64,000 nucleotides of DNA. Origin: the human T2T-CHM13v2.0 reference genome, Homo sapiens. This document shows, in pieces, positions 1-16,069 of this stretch (positions are counted from its first letter, which is position 1; each line of letters begins with the position of its first letter). The notes below the pieces were generated by a model, which was not told the origin of the DNA, searched no databases, and worked only from the letters and a program-made list of their open reading frames with translations. Made by a program: the position numbers and the translations under genes. Location: NCBI RefSeq assembly GCF_009914755.1, contig NC_060941.1; one strand, given 5' to 3'.

Positions 1-232
1 AAACTTTTTATTGGGATGATTTCTGATATCTGGACCCTGCACACCCCTCCCCCAAAATTAATTTCTTAATTTGCTGGAAAAGAAAGCTCATAAAGTAGAT
101 TACCTGCAAAAGTCCGAGGCCACCCCGTCTGTGGCTTCACTGTATGTCCTACTGCCCTGCAGTTTCACAGGTTCAAACTGGCAATCAAACCACAAGATGC
201 ATATTTGCCCATCAGGCATCACGCTGACTTAG

Positions 233-950
<718 letters not shown>

Positions 951-3900
951 GGTGGGGGGCTCACCCTGGTGCTGCCTCCCGCACAAGGAGACCTGGACAC
1001 AACAGACACACATCACAAGGCGAACACAAATGGACACACATACCTGGCCATGAACCCACACCTCCTCAGACACTCAGACACCACTCCAGGCTCATAGCCC
1101 CGTCTTGATGCAGAGAAGCCACCCACGTGGGGTGTGCCAGGCACCCCCAGATACAAATGCAGCCACGCACAGACGTAACACACAGGTGCCAGGCCGTGTG
1201 CTCCTGGAGGCTGGCTGGCTGTCTCTCTCACACAGATACACGTGCGCTCCCTGGGATCCGGGAGGCCCTGGGCTTCCTGTGTGTAGCCCTGGCATAGACT
1301 TGCTCGTCAGGGTGTTCGACTCTGGGATGCTGGGCCGGGCAGACATTTATGCTCTGAGCAGCAAGGACCATTGGGATGGAGGTGGGCACAAAGACTGCTG
1401 CTTCCAGGGTGTGCGGCCCTGGCCGTGTGTCTGACATCCCATAAATGTGTGTGTGGTGTGACTACGGGCACCACAAACTCCGCAGCCTTGCCTCTCTTTT
1501 CTCTGTGGCTGGGCTGGCTGCACCATGGGCAGGGTTGAGGACTGCCCCCCACCCCGCCCAAGCCAATGCAGACACTGACCTCAAGACCAGCCACACCAAG
1601 TCTGTGCACTGCCCACCACCCCCTTCAACCCCTCCTACACCATGCTCCGGGGCCTGGGGCCTCCTTGCCTGGCTTCTTCCTCCAGCTATCCTCAGGGAAG
1701 CTGGAGATTCAAGTCATGCCCCAGAAGCAAGGTGTAAGCATGGGGGCGTGGGGAAGAGGGCAGGAGCTGAAGTTCCAGGGGAGCCCAGGACCCCTGGGGA
1801 CCTGTACACTAGCAGGATGGGTCTTGGGAGTTGGCATGGGGAGATTGTAAGGGCTGTATCTCCGCGATTACTGGTACTGGTGCTCCACCCATAGGGGCCC
1901 TGTTCTCTCTGGGGTCCCACACTGGGGTCATGAGAGCTAGTTCTCATGAGAGCAGGACCCCTAGGTCTGGTCCTGCCAGCCTGGGATAGGGGTCAATGTA
2001 TGCTACACATCTTGGGCTCACAAGTGAGGCTGTGGAGGCCAGGAGGTTCAAGTATGGAGGGTAGGAGTGCAACCCAGGAGCAACGCTCAAGGTGGCCGAG
2101 ATGCAGGGAGGATTGTGGCGATCCGGTTGCACACTGGCCTCTGTGGAGGTCAGGGAGGTGGGAAGGTGGGTGGGCCTGAACTCAGGCAGCCCTTCAGTGG
2201 CTTCTTCAGGCCTAGGATAACCCTGGCCAGGCCCCATGGTCCTGCTCTGGGTCAGCTGTCAGGGAGACCTCCCTTCAGCCTGAGCCAAGCTGCATTGGGA
2301 GGAGAAGGCAGGGTGAGGGATCTGGGAGAGCAGGACGTTGAGATATCCTGACCCTCTGCTTCCTAGCCTGATGATGGGGAACCCAGAGCCACCCGCTATG
2401 AGCACAGGCCGGGGGTGGAAGGCCCAGTAGAGCTGCCCTTCCCCAGATGGAAGCTTCCTCCAACCTTCAGTTTGGCCAGTGGGTGGGTTTGGGCATCTGT
2501 GCCCCTGGTGGCCTCCAAATCCTTCCTGGGATTCCCCCAAACCCACACTGATGCGAAGCTGTTCTTGACCCTCCCATAGCATCAACTCAGTTCAGCTCAA
2601 AGCTAGAAACACCAAGGTCTTTGAAAATGTTTATTGGCTCAGGATAGCTTCAGCATCCAATCTGCGAAGGCCCCTGATGGAGCTATTTCTTCCTAGTATC
2701 AGGAGCAATTGAGACCCCTCAGGAGTTTCCACACTGCTGTGGACGGGATAGCCAGGGCAGACCTGCATCCCAGAGCAAGCCTAGATCCTTGAAAGCAATG
2801 TCAGGCGTGGCAGTGGGGAAGCCATGGAGGCTGGGAAGGGCAAAGTGTGGAGAGAGGAGTGACCGGGACTGGAGCCAGGGTCTGGGGAGAGCAACAGCAC
2901 CAGGCTTTTCCTGGTAGTTGGATTGGTACATTCACTGCTGCCAGGTACCCAGAGATGTCATCTCTCTCCAGGTAGAGCATCACCAGCTCCTGTGGCCTTG
3001 TAGATGACTCTGTACCTCAGTGAAGAGTGCAGGCAAGTAGAGTGATGGGGTCAGTGTCCATCCAGTTTACGCTGAGTCAGTCCATACAGCAAGACACCTG
3101 GCACTTGGCAGGTACTCCTGGATGTTGATGAGCAAGGAAGAGCAACGGCCCTGTCAGCTGGCAGTGGTCCTCACAGCCTTCATCCCAGGTCTGCCTACGT
3201 GGGAGATCTCATCAGAAACAGGAACGGGGATCTGTCTGTGCTTGCAGGAAAGTCCATTTGTTTTTCTCCAAGTTAGGTCTCATCTACAGCTCTTAGCTTC
3301 TCAGTAAAGAGGATACTCTCCCAACCAGCCAAGGAATAAAAGCTGATCTGTATGTAGGGCAGAAGTGTGGCAAATGCATCAGGAACCGGTTAGAACAGAA
3401 CAGAGAAACCCTGACTGTCTACAGATTCCAACTTTAATAGCAAGCCTGTGGAGTTACACAAACCTGTGTTAAAACATGTAATTTTTATGGATTTCATCTC
3501 CCGTTGTGGATCAATTTGGAAAAACCAAAATATGTAATTTTAAAAAACTAAAACACATCCTGGTAGTCCCAGTGATGTGTAAATGAGAGAGAAGAATAGA
3601 CAGGCTTCCAAACCCTGGGAAGAAAGCTGCTTAATTATGTGAACATCTTATAATGAAGTCTCTTGCAGCTAAAATTAGATTTTGAGTGCATGAATCTGTG
3701 ATAATGTTTGCATATCAGAATGCATTCTCCCCTTAAAAGTAGCAGTAGCCACTTGGTTCTTAGGGGGCCCCAAGAGGAGAGGAGAAGTGCTGAGGTTGAT
3801 GTTACGACTGCAAGAATTCTTGGGACACAGGTTTGTTTTCTGCTGACTTGCTCGGAAACCCATTGGAGGTATCTGAAATGTGATGACTCCAAAGGGGTTC

Positions 3901-4139
3901 ATTTCACTATAGGGAGAAATTGATTCGTCTGACTTCCTATTTATCACCACTCAATATTGGGTGAGTTGGTCTGAACAAGGTGGGGATAAAGTAGAGTGGA
4001 AATAATGTAGAGTCGTCAGACTGAAAGGCCAGGTTGTAGTCCCAGCTCTTATCTGCCATCTTGGACAAAGCTTTTCCCATCTCCAGTCTCAGTTTCCCAT
4101 CCATAAAATGGGGGAAGTGGTAGGTCTTGCTGATTGCAT

Positions 4140-4650
4140 CCACATTCATTCCTCCATTTCCTTTCCCAGCAACCCCCCATTTCTGTTTGGGAATTCATAT
4201 GATCTGCCAGAGCCTCTCCAGGGGTGGAATACATGTCCTGGACTAAGCCAATGACACCTTCCATCTTTCCAGCTATGGTGACTGGGTTAGGTATGATCTT
4301 GTGAGTTAAGACAATGAAGCCAGAGGGAATTTCAAGACTTATGGGAATGCTGGGTAGAAGCTGTTTTAATTCCCCTGTTGAATGTGAAAAAGGTAGTAGT
4401 ATTCCTGGGTCTTTATGATGACCACCTTGGGCCTTGGGATCATGACCAGGAATCACGTGAAGCTGACACCACTGAAGGGAGAGTTGAGAGGCAGAAAGAG
4501 ATCAAGTCCTTGGTGAAATTGTTTAAGTACAGGATCAAGCCTTGCTTGAGATTGGCCTTACCTCTGGACTTTTTTTGTTATATGAGCTAATAAATTCTGT
4601 TTATTGTTTAAGTTGGGTTGAGTTTAATTTCTGTTACTTATAACTCAGAA
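4140..4650 (+). mobile_element. MaLR LTR, MLT1J/K-like
   Basis: Typical 3' end: gagctaataaattctgtttattgtttaagttgggttgagtttaatttctgttacttataac. Confidence 0.7.
4589..4594 (+). terminator. Polyadenylation signal AATAAA (LTR-derived)
   Basis: U-rich upstream (ttttttgtta) and U/GU-rich downstream (ttctgtttattgtttaagttgggttgagttt). Confidence 0.6.
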
Positions 4651-6755
4651 CATGGTGCAAATGGGTTGAATTGAAAAGCCCTGGGGCTCTGACATTCTCT
4701 ATTTCTGTGGCTGATTTAGATAAAGCCTGAAACTCAGTCCAACTTGAGCTTGTAGGATTGGGAGGTTACTTTTCACAGGAATTGAGCTGAGTGCAAATGC
4801 TCAATAGAAAGCTGTGCTTAGCCAAGACAAGTAGCATTTTTAAGTTGGTACATGGTGAGGTCACCCATATAGCCATAGACAATAATTCATAAGGTGCCCA
4901 GCCCAAACCATTAGTTGTCTCATTTAATGTTTAACCCTTTGGTGTGGTTATTATTTATTATCTCTGCTTGAAAAATGAGAGGACTGGGATTCCAATTTGT
5001 AATGACTGTCAAAGTATGGCCCTTTTGTAGTTACTGTAACTTCTTTCATGGAGTATATGATGTGGTATTGGAAGGAAATTATTTGATAAATTACTTGGAT
5101 TGGGGATAAGACCTCTTTAGCCCCTTCAGGGACATGCTTGTGTAACAGCTTATAGACAGTAAACTCCCTTCTAGGGAGGGTAGGTGTGGTTAACCATATA
5201 GCATTGATTTTGCAAAGTGGGACATGCAAGCTTGGGGCAGAGCTGAATTGCTGCTGTTGGAGGGGAGGTAAATGATGCCACTGTGAGTTTCCCCCTCTGT
5301 CTTTCCCTCTTTAGCCCTCTATATGCCAGAAATCAGAGGAACAGAGGGAGTTATATGTGGCTCCCCATCTTCATACTCTCCTTGGAATGTCTATTATACA
5401 GTATGCCAGGATGAAAATCTATACAATATGTAGAAAAAGGCCAGGATCCCAGGAAATTTATTTGAGTATATTTGTCTGCAGTGCTCCCTTTTGTGACTGA
5501 AGATAGATTTTGAACTTCTGGAAGTTCTCAGGAGGGGCCCAAATGTGCAGACACACTGCAGACATCCAGGTCCCTGCCATGGGAAATATGAGCAGATCCA
5601 GCTTAAATGAGGCAATATAAAATGAGGAATCTTGATGTCAAAAATAAAAAGAATCCCAGTTGATATTATAAGCACAACCATGAGCTGAATGCATTAACTT
5701 TCCAAGGTGTCTTTAGTACTTAAGAATTTTTCTCAGGTTCAGGCATCAGCAGTGACAGATCCATGGTTTGAAGGTGTGAATAATGATGATCAATAACAGT
5801 GAACAAAATTCTTTTGGGTCACAAAGTTCCACAAACATCATCCCACATGTGCCTCAGTGAGGTGAACATTATTATTTCCATGTGGAGGGAATAGGATATG
5901 TGGTTTCGGAGACTGAGTTAGCCAAAATTTCACAGCTTTAGTTTATAGAAGAGCAAAATGAGATTTGGAATGGGGAGAGGTCTCATACAAAGTCATGCTG
6001 TGGGAATGAGTGGTGGAGCTGGGACCAGAAGGTGGATTCATTCCACTAAACCACCTGATTGGCCCCACATTGCATACCTATAATTCTTCAAGAAGTTGCT
6101 GGAAATGGGACAAGTGTGCACAGACAGCTCATTTGGAAGCAAGTCCATGAATTTCACTGCTCATTCTTTGCCAGAATACATTTTGGTGGGCAACTGAGTT
6201 TTAAGAGCTTTTTATCAAGCATCCCCACTACTTGACAACCTGCTCAGAAGAAAAATCCCTTTCCAAAGAAGGGAAGTCAGTGAGATGGACCATAATGCCG
6301 TAAGCTAGGAGCCCAGAGTTTTCATCCCAAGTCACCAAATCCCAGACAAAGAAAGGTCCCGTTATTCCAAGACATTAATTAATAGGCAAGGATCTTTGGT
6401 GGGTCTGAGCCCAGCAGTATGTATGTATTTGTAAGAGCTCCAGTTGCAGACAGCTGCCCCTCTGAATCCAATGCCAGCCATCCTGAGCATTACAAGTGAC
6501 AAGAGCCTGGTCACTTGGACTTTGGCATCAACTCACTTAGATAATTCTTTCTCCCACAGTCAGATCTATGGTACCCAGATGACAGAATAATCTACCCTCA
6601 CTTTGGAAGGCAGGGCACACATTTAGTATGTGTCTAGGAGGAAGCCCAGGGAAGCAGAATAGTGGTGCTAATACAGATACTTTCTAAGCCTTCAACCATC
6701 CAGTTGTACCATGGCACTTGCCGAAGGTTGAAATCATCCCTCACCAGAATCACCT

Positions 6756-7263
6756 GTATTTGTTTTCTATTGCTGAGCAACAAATGACCACAAACAGAAC
6801 AGCTTAAAACAACACGCATTTATCATTCCACAGTTTCTGTGGGTCTGGAGGCTGAGCATGGTTAACTGGGTTCTCTGCTTCAGGATCTCATCAGGCTGCA
6901 ATCAAGATGTCAGCCAGACTGCGTTTTCATCTGGAGATTTGACCAGGAATAATCCAAACTTACTTAGATCGTTGACAGAATCAAGTTGCATGTGGTTGTA
7001 GGACAGAGGCCCTGAGCTCCTAGATGCCATCCACTGTTCCTTGACATGTGGGTATCTCCATGTTCACCACATGGCTGTTGGCTTCTTCAAGGCCCAGAGA
7101 GTGAGACAGTCTAACATTCATAATGTAACTACAGGAGTGACATCCCTTCATCTTTGCCACATTCTACTGGTTAGAAGTGAGTCACAGGCCCTAGTCACAT
7201 CCAAGGGGAGGGGATTGCACAAAGGCATGAACACCAGGAGATGGGGATCATTTGTACACCACA
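6756..7263 (-). mobile_element. MaLR solo LTR, MLT1E/F-like
   Basis: tgtatttgttttctattgctg...cagcttaaaacaacac...cacagtttctgtgggtc...aagtgagtcac...ggcatgaacaccaggag. Confidence 0.75.
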
Positions 7264-7550
7264 ACACCAATAAGGAAAAAGTCCAGCAATCAGAGCATGC
7301 TTTGTGGTCCATAGAGAAGCACTGGCCATTGGATCATATTGCATGTAGTGGATATTTTGAAGCATCATCCAAGAGGATCGGTGATATCCAAGTCATAATA
7401 ATGAATTCAGAGCTAATGTCCTCAACCCACTGCCTTGACAGCAGCAGAATCATCTACTTGTGAAGCTAAAGGAATATTCCCAATTTATATTGGCCAGACC
7501 TGTATTATTTTTAAAAATTTATTCTGCTCGGCACATAGTGCAACTTTCAA

Positions 7551-7656
7551 TTTCTTTCTTTTTCTTTTCTTTTCTTTCTTTCTTCCTTTCTTTTCTTTCT
7601 TTCCTTCCTTCCTTCCCTCCCTCCCTCTCTCTCGCTCTCTCTTCTCTTTTTCTTTC

Positions 7657-7702
<46 letters not shown>

Positions 7703-7786
7703 CTCTCTCTCTCTTTCTCTCTCTCTCTTTCTTTCTTTCTCTCCTTCCTTCCTTCCTTCCTTCCTTCTCTCTCTCTCTCTTTTTTT
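7551..7786. repeat. Compound (CTTT)n/(CCTT)n/(CT)n polypyrimidine tract, expanded Alu tail
   Basis: About 236 bp, all C/T except one G. Confidence 0.95.
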
Positions 7787-8037
7787 GGATGGAGTTTCGC
7801 TGTGTTGCCAAGCTGGAGTGCAGTGGAGTGATCTCGGCTCACTCCAACCTCCGCCCCCCAGGTTCAAGCAACTCTCCTGCCTCAGCCTTGTAGCTGGGAC
7901 TACAGGCACCTGCCACCATGCCCAGCTAATTTTTGTATTTTTAGTAGAGATGGGGTTTTCACCATGTTGGCCAGGATGGTCTTGATCTCTTGACCTTGTG
8001 ATCCACGCACCTCAGCCTCTCAAAGTGCTGGGATTAC
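7787..8037 (-). mobile_element. AluS, 5'-truncated
   Basis: Alu consensus; TSD atttctttcttt at ~7550 and ~8044. Confidence 0.9.
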
Positions 8038-9286
8038 ACTGGATTTCTTTCTTTAATTTTAGTACATATTAGCTACTATCTCTTTGAATATTGCCATCTC
8101 TTTTTGTTAATCTCTCATTCTGGCACTGGTGTTGGAACTCAAAAATCCGGTTTCCACACTCAGCTCTTTTTCTATACTTTTTATCTCTCAATCCCGTTGT
8201 ACTGGGTCCTGCCATAATTCTTTACTTTAATAGTCAAAATTTATAATTTGCACATCACTGTGCACATTCTGCTCGTCAACGCATCTATGGATTTCTATAT
8301 TTATGTTTTTTATTCATGAGACTTCTAGTCGATTTTTATAACAATCTGGACATGCTTTATGGCCATGATACTCTTTTGCCTCTCTCTGAAGATATTAAAT
8401 ATATTTATGTAAATGTTCTGTCGTGTTTGCCCTATCAACTCTATTTTCTTGGGTTTTAGGTTTTTTCATTTCTTGATTTTGCTATATTTTTCTTGGTTTG
8501 GATTTTTATCAAAATTTTAGTGATTGTGTGTTCATGAAAATAGAGGGGAATTGTGGAGGTGTCAACCATCCTGCCTTCTGCCTTAGGTATGACGCCTTAA
8601 TAATGACTCTGTTAATTACCCCTAGGCCACCTCTTGCTCCCAAATTCCACCCACTCTCAGTAGGAAGCACCAGTATTTCTGAGGCAGAATTCCCAGCTAG
8701 GTCCTGGACTGTGGGTTCCTTCTAAGCTTCCCATCTACTTTCTATCTTTCAGCTCAGTTTTGGGTCCAGTCTAGTGCCTCTTCTTATTTTCAAGCGTGGC
8801 TATGTTATTGTATACTTTGATTCAGGGAACAAAGTAAGTGCTTGCTGAACCTACCATCATGTAAGCAAGGTCCTTGATGCTTAATCCATCACCAGGAAAA
8901 CCAGGTTGTTAGTCATGAAAACCAGATCTTTGATGCTCTCTTGTGACCTAAGAGCACATAAAAATGCTGGCTTGGAGTGAGAAGGCCAAGGTTCTAATCT
9001 AGAAGGACAATTTATGTGCTGTGTGATCTTGGGCAAGTGTCTTGCCTCTCTGAATCTTAAAAATTAGAAGTTTGAAATAAGAATTGGCTCAGTCCTCACC
9101 TAGCTTGGGCTTTCTAAAGTTCTGCTTATCACATCCACAACATAATCCAATGGAATGATTTTTGTACCAGCTCAAAACATAGACTTCAACAAATGATATC
9201 ATGACAGACTTTCACTTCACAAGAATTGGCTTCTCAATCTTTGTCAGGTCTCCTCCGCAAAATGGATAGTGCCCTGGGAAAAATAA

Positions 9287-9727
<441 letters not shown>

Positions 9728-10561
9728 TAAGCCAGTAGAGGCAGGGATAGTATTGTATTTTGCATTTATATTTGTAACCTTAGCTCCTAGCACAGGTCCT
9801 GGTATACAGGAGGCACAAGAAATGTTAATGAAATAGAAGGACGGATAGATTAAAATTCTAAATCACCTGGCTTTTAAAGTTTTCCAAGAAAATAATATCT
9901 TCCTGGAAAATAGTACCTTTCTCTTCCAATTACAAGCTGAGGATATGTTGCTGAGGATATTTGGTTGAGTTTTTCCACCAGCTGTTTATTGAGAAGCTCA
10001 GGAACTGAGCTGTGCTATAATCGTTCCGTGCTGCAGATGTAAAAGGCAAAGAAATGTGGCAGCCACCAAATTTTGCTGGAGAATTGTTCTCAGCTGGCAC
10101 AGTTCTTGATCAACCACTTGTTCCCAACTCTTGAGGAACAGGAAACAAGTTGTTAGGATACCTGTCAAAATCTCTGTTCATGGATGTTCAGAACGATAGT
10201 TTAATGGCACAATCCACACCTTTGCTCCAACTCAGAGTCTCCACTGCAGATGGGCACTGTTCTTTTTTGCCTCGAGGTAGATGGGAAGCAGCATCTTCTC
10301 TGCCTCTTCTGGTTCTGTAGCTCATTACCTAAAGCTCATTAAACCTATAGCAAAACTTTTTTTCTTTTAATATTAACCACCCATCTATCGTAGGCCCTGA
10401 GGTAGGACACAAAGACCCCACTTCCAGCTAGGTTCAGGAAGAAACTTCCTCTCCCTGGTATAGGGCAAGGGCGAGAATGCAGAGACACAGCAAGGAGGGT
10501 CTGCCTACTGGTCAACCTGAGGCCTCCCACCCCAGTATTATCATAAAGTCTAAAGCTCCTT

Positions 10562-11157
10562 GTGTTAGTTACCCGCTGCCATGTAACGAACTACCCCAGA
10601 ACTTAGCCACAGCTTAAACCCGACTTAAAACAAACATTTGTTAACTCAGGGTTTCTGCGGGTCAGGAATCTAGGCATAGCTTAGCTCAGTGACTCTCATG
10701 AGGCTGTAACCGAGAAGTTGGACTTGGCTGCAGTCTCAGCTGAAGGCTCACTTTGGGAAGAACTCACTTCCAAGCTCACTCAGGTAGAATAATGGCAAGA
10801 TTCCATTTCTTGCAGGCTGTCAGACTGCGGACGTCTTGCTGGCTGTTGGTCAGAGGCCACCCTCAGTTCCCTGCCACCTGGGCCTCTCCACAGGGCACCT
10901 CACAACACAGTGGCTGGCTTCACCACTGTGAGCAAGTGAGAAGAGCCAGAGAGAGTGCAAGCAAGGCAGGAGTCACAGTCTTTTTTTTTTTTTCTGGTAA
11001 CTGAACCTTGGAAGTGACATCACATCACTTTTATCATATTGTATTTGTTAGAAGCGCATCACTAGGTCCAGCCCACATGCAGGTGAGGGGATTACACAAG
11101 GGCATGAATCCTGGGAGGCAGGAAACCTGTGGAGCGATTTTCATGGCTGCCTACTAT
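10562..11157 (-). mobile_element. MaLR solo LTR, MLT1E/F-like
   Basis: gtgttagtt...gtttctgcgggtcaggaatc...ggaagtgacatcacatcac...ggctgcctacta. Confidence 0.75.
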
Positions 11158-13065
11158 ATTCCCATGGAGGGCCTTCTACACTAGAGTCACAGCCATCATT
11201 GTTGCCACACACACTTACCCTTGCCCCTGCACATACTACATTGCAGACTTCAGCATACTCAGCAAAGTCTTTCCAGGCCTGTAGGCTGGCTGGCCTTCTG
11301 CCTACATCATTATTGTGGCAGAGAGATCACTTCCTACGCTTTCTTTCCTTATAACTGTGCTCATCCCTTCTTTGTGCCAAGGAGAATGCTCCTGGTCCCC
11401 ACATTCAGCCTGGTAGGGAAAAAGCAAAGCAGGAAAACTCCACCCAGGCCTCCCATCGGGGTGCCCCCCTCTATGGGTCCATCCACCAAACCTGCTCTTA
11501 GCACAATCCATTCTCCCCGGTTACACCCAGACTTCCCCTGTTCCGTGGCCACATTAACCTCCATCAGATAATTAAGGGCTTGGCTTTCCATGAGAGACCT
11601 TAAATGTCACCTTTCTGCCACCCGATATGTCTCTGAATGACAGACTCTAATGAGATATTCAAATATAGAAAACTGAACGACTCTTTGCTTTCTCATCGTG
11701 GCATTTATTCAGCTGGAGTGATCTGACTACACCACTACATTACTTATAATTTCTACCTGATCTTGGTGGTGGAGTGTAATCTTTAAGGAAACTATCCGTT
11801 TAATCTCTCTTGCCTTATTAGCATTTAATTACTATGACAAATTTCCAGACGTACAAGGGATGTTAGGATTATAATTCAATTTTCCCCTCAAATGGCCCAG
11901 TAACCAAGGGCAGTGGAGCCATTTCTGGCACTGTCAAGTTCTGATCAAGGAAGTTGCCTGGACCTGGTGCAGGCTCCTGCCTGTCTGAGTGCTGAGCAGG
12001 GCTTATCCCAACCTCAGCTCCCCAGCTAATGGCAGAGCCTTCTGCCAGCCAGGACCCCTCACTCGTTCTCATTCTCTCTCTCTCTCTCTGTCTCTCTTTC
12101 AGTGGGCTGAGCCTTTTTACCCTGCTCAGGGTCAGGCCGAGGCCTGAGGCCAAGAAGAGGGTGTTTTATACACAGGAAGGGAGCAAATTCTCAGCTCTGA
12201 GAGCTGCATTGGCCAGTGGACGCCATAAGCCAACTGTTCTATGCAGATTTTCAGTCATTGAAGGACAGCAGATGGAAATAAGCCAGAGCCACCTTCAACT
12301 ACTTTCACTCGTTTAAAAAGCCACATTCTGCTCTGTGTCACTGCTATTTTTCTGGGTCCCATTTTGACACCTCTTGCTTCTCTGAATCCCATAAATCACT
12401 GAGAAAGTCCTTCTTAGGGTCACCAGTCCTTCGATGTGGAGAATGAAGCAATTCCAAAGGGACCCTGCCTGGGGTCTGGGGAACTCGGGCTCTACAACTG
12501 ACCCTACCTCTAACTGGCCATGCATCTTTGGAAGACTCTTATCATTTTCCCTGAGAACTATCACTCAAACAGGGCAGTAGAGCTGACATCTGGGTTTGAC
12601 TTCATGACCTTGTCTCCTTGGCCAGAGCTCACGGGACTGCTGGGGCCCCTGACCAGAGCTGGGCAATTGGATTCTCCTTTTGGTCACTTGGGCTTGGGCC
12701 TGGGAGACCCCTGTCTGTCTGCTAGCTGCGCAAAATGAAGACACAGGAATGTGGGGCCCATGGAGCATAGATGTGGGCACGCAGACGATCGCTGCAAAGA
12801 GACCAATGAATGGCATCATTGTGCTGAGAGATGGAGATCTGAGAGAGGCTGAAATAGGATCTGTTCAAGTGAATATTAAAATGGTAACCAATACCCAAGA
12901 CAAAAATTGTGCACCTAATCAAATCAGTTCTTTCATTTGTCTGCATTGCCTTCTTCTCCCTTTTCCTGCTAATTTTTTACCTGTATGAATGCATGATGTA
13001 ATAGATAGAACCTTTTCTTTTTTATTTAACATTATATCATGAATATTTTTCCATTTTTCTGTAGT

Positions 13066-13655
<590 letters not shown>

Positions 13656-14335
13656 TATAGTTTTTGTATCTTATTTTTCCCCAATTCTTCTCCTTTTCCT
13701 ACTTTCCTGTTCAGCCCCCTGATATAGTAACCAGTGACAGCCTGGTAGTATCCATTCACACCATTATCACACCATTCACATATAAATATATAAAAGCGTA
13801 TGTGTATATATCTATATTTCTGTCTGTGTCTATATGTCTATAGATATAGATATAAAAATTTGGGGGCCATCATTTGTTTTTGCAAAAATGTAATAAAATG
13901 ATTTTTCTGTGTTTTCTATTCAATTTGCCCTTAAATGATGCAAAACGTTCATTCCTTTGAAGGCAAATCTAATATTCTCTAGTTGGGAATCTCCAGAATG
14001 AGGTGTATACACTGTACCGGCACAAGGAAAACATATGAAAAATTTTATCTCTATTTATTTTGATCTCTTCTCTTTAAAATTTCTATTTTCTGTTTGTTTA
14101 TCCTACACTTAAGGTATTCACACATGCAAATAAATATCCATCTTTTGGAAGTGCATGCTATCATCAAATGAGCAATCAGAAATGCTTAGAGACCACTAGT
14201 CTACAGAATCAGGGAACAACTTATTCACACATTTCCCTTTTGATGGATATCCAGGCTGTTCTTAGACGCTGCAGCAGGTACCACTACAAACTATGCTTTG
14301 ACAAGCATTACTCTACACAGATATTTACATACTAG

Positions 14336-14644
<309 letters not shown>

Positions 14645-15738
14645 GTGCTTTTTGTTCTATAGGACAGATTCCCAGAAGTACAATTCCTGATTCAAAGGGT
14701 TTGTCTAGTTTTAATTTTAACTGATATGGGTGGTCTGCTCTCCACATTGTCTGTAGCAATTCATGTCCCCGCCACCAGCAATGTATGAAACACTTATTTC
14801 CTGCATCTGTAAAGATTTTAAGAGTTATTACTCTTTTCAACTTTTGCCAATCTGATCAGAGGGGTGAGAAATGGCGTTCAGGCCACCTTCATGTATAAGC
14901 AAAGGCATCGGATCAGACAACCTCTAAGATTGTTCTAGCTCAAGTGTCCATATTTCTCAAATTATTTTTTTTCATAACTTATCTGTTAGCAGGTGTGTGC
15001 TTAGCCCCCATTCACTGACTGTTTGCAAATCCCAGAGACATCTTTGAAAAAATTGCCAGAAACCAACACATCAAGAACTGGAAAGAAAGAAAGTTGAATA
15101 GAGTCCAGAAAATCATCTTGCCAATACTGTTTAGCTTGTAAAAACCATCTAAGCCAAATCCCTGCGATTTCATCCAGAACAAATAATAAAAAAGCAGTGT
15201 GTAATATTTCTAAGATGAGCATATTCATAGTAAATATTTTAAGATCCATGGCTGCACAAAATGCATTTTCCTTGGAGGTTCACTTTTCAAATGGCTTCGT
15301 ATTAAAAGTGCCATTTCAACAAATATTCATGGGGAAATTCATCGATGTGTTTTACCATTTATAGCTAAAATTTCAAAGGACTTAGGAAAAAAAGGTATGA
15401 TGCATATCCTACCCTCTTCGGAGAAGTGGTGAAAAATACATGCTATGCTTTGGTTTTCTCTGACTGTAAAACTCCCAGGCAAGTATCTACACTTTTCATT
15501 CCCACTCTTCTCTGGCTATTCCTGGGGTGGATGGCAGCCTGGTCAGAGGACAATCAGCAAGGACTAAGGGAGGAAGGGGAAGTGAGAGGTTAGGAAAGCC
15601 TAGGCGCCAAGCCTCTCCAAAATCTCCGGAGCTCTTCCAACAGCTACCATCTGGTGAGCATTTAATGCACACACAGCAGCTTGACAGAAACACTCTATAT
15701 TCTCTCACTGCAACCTCACTATCAGCCTGTGAAGTAGT

Positions 15739-16069
<331 letters not shown>

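Noticed and set aside
7435-7909. Lys/Glu/Arg-rich and Phe/Leu/Ser-rich ORFs
   Set aside because: Translation of a microsatellite plus Alu
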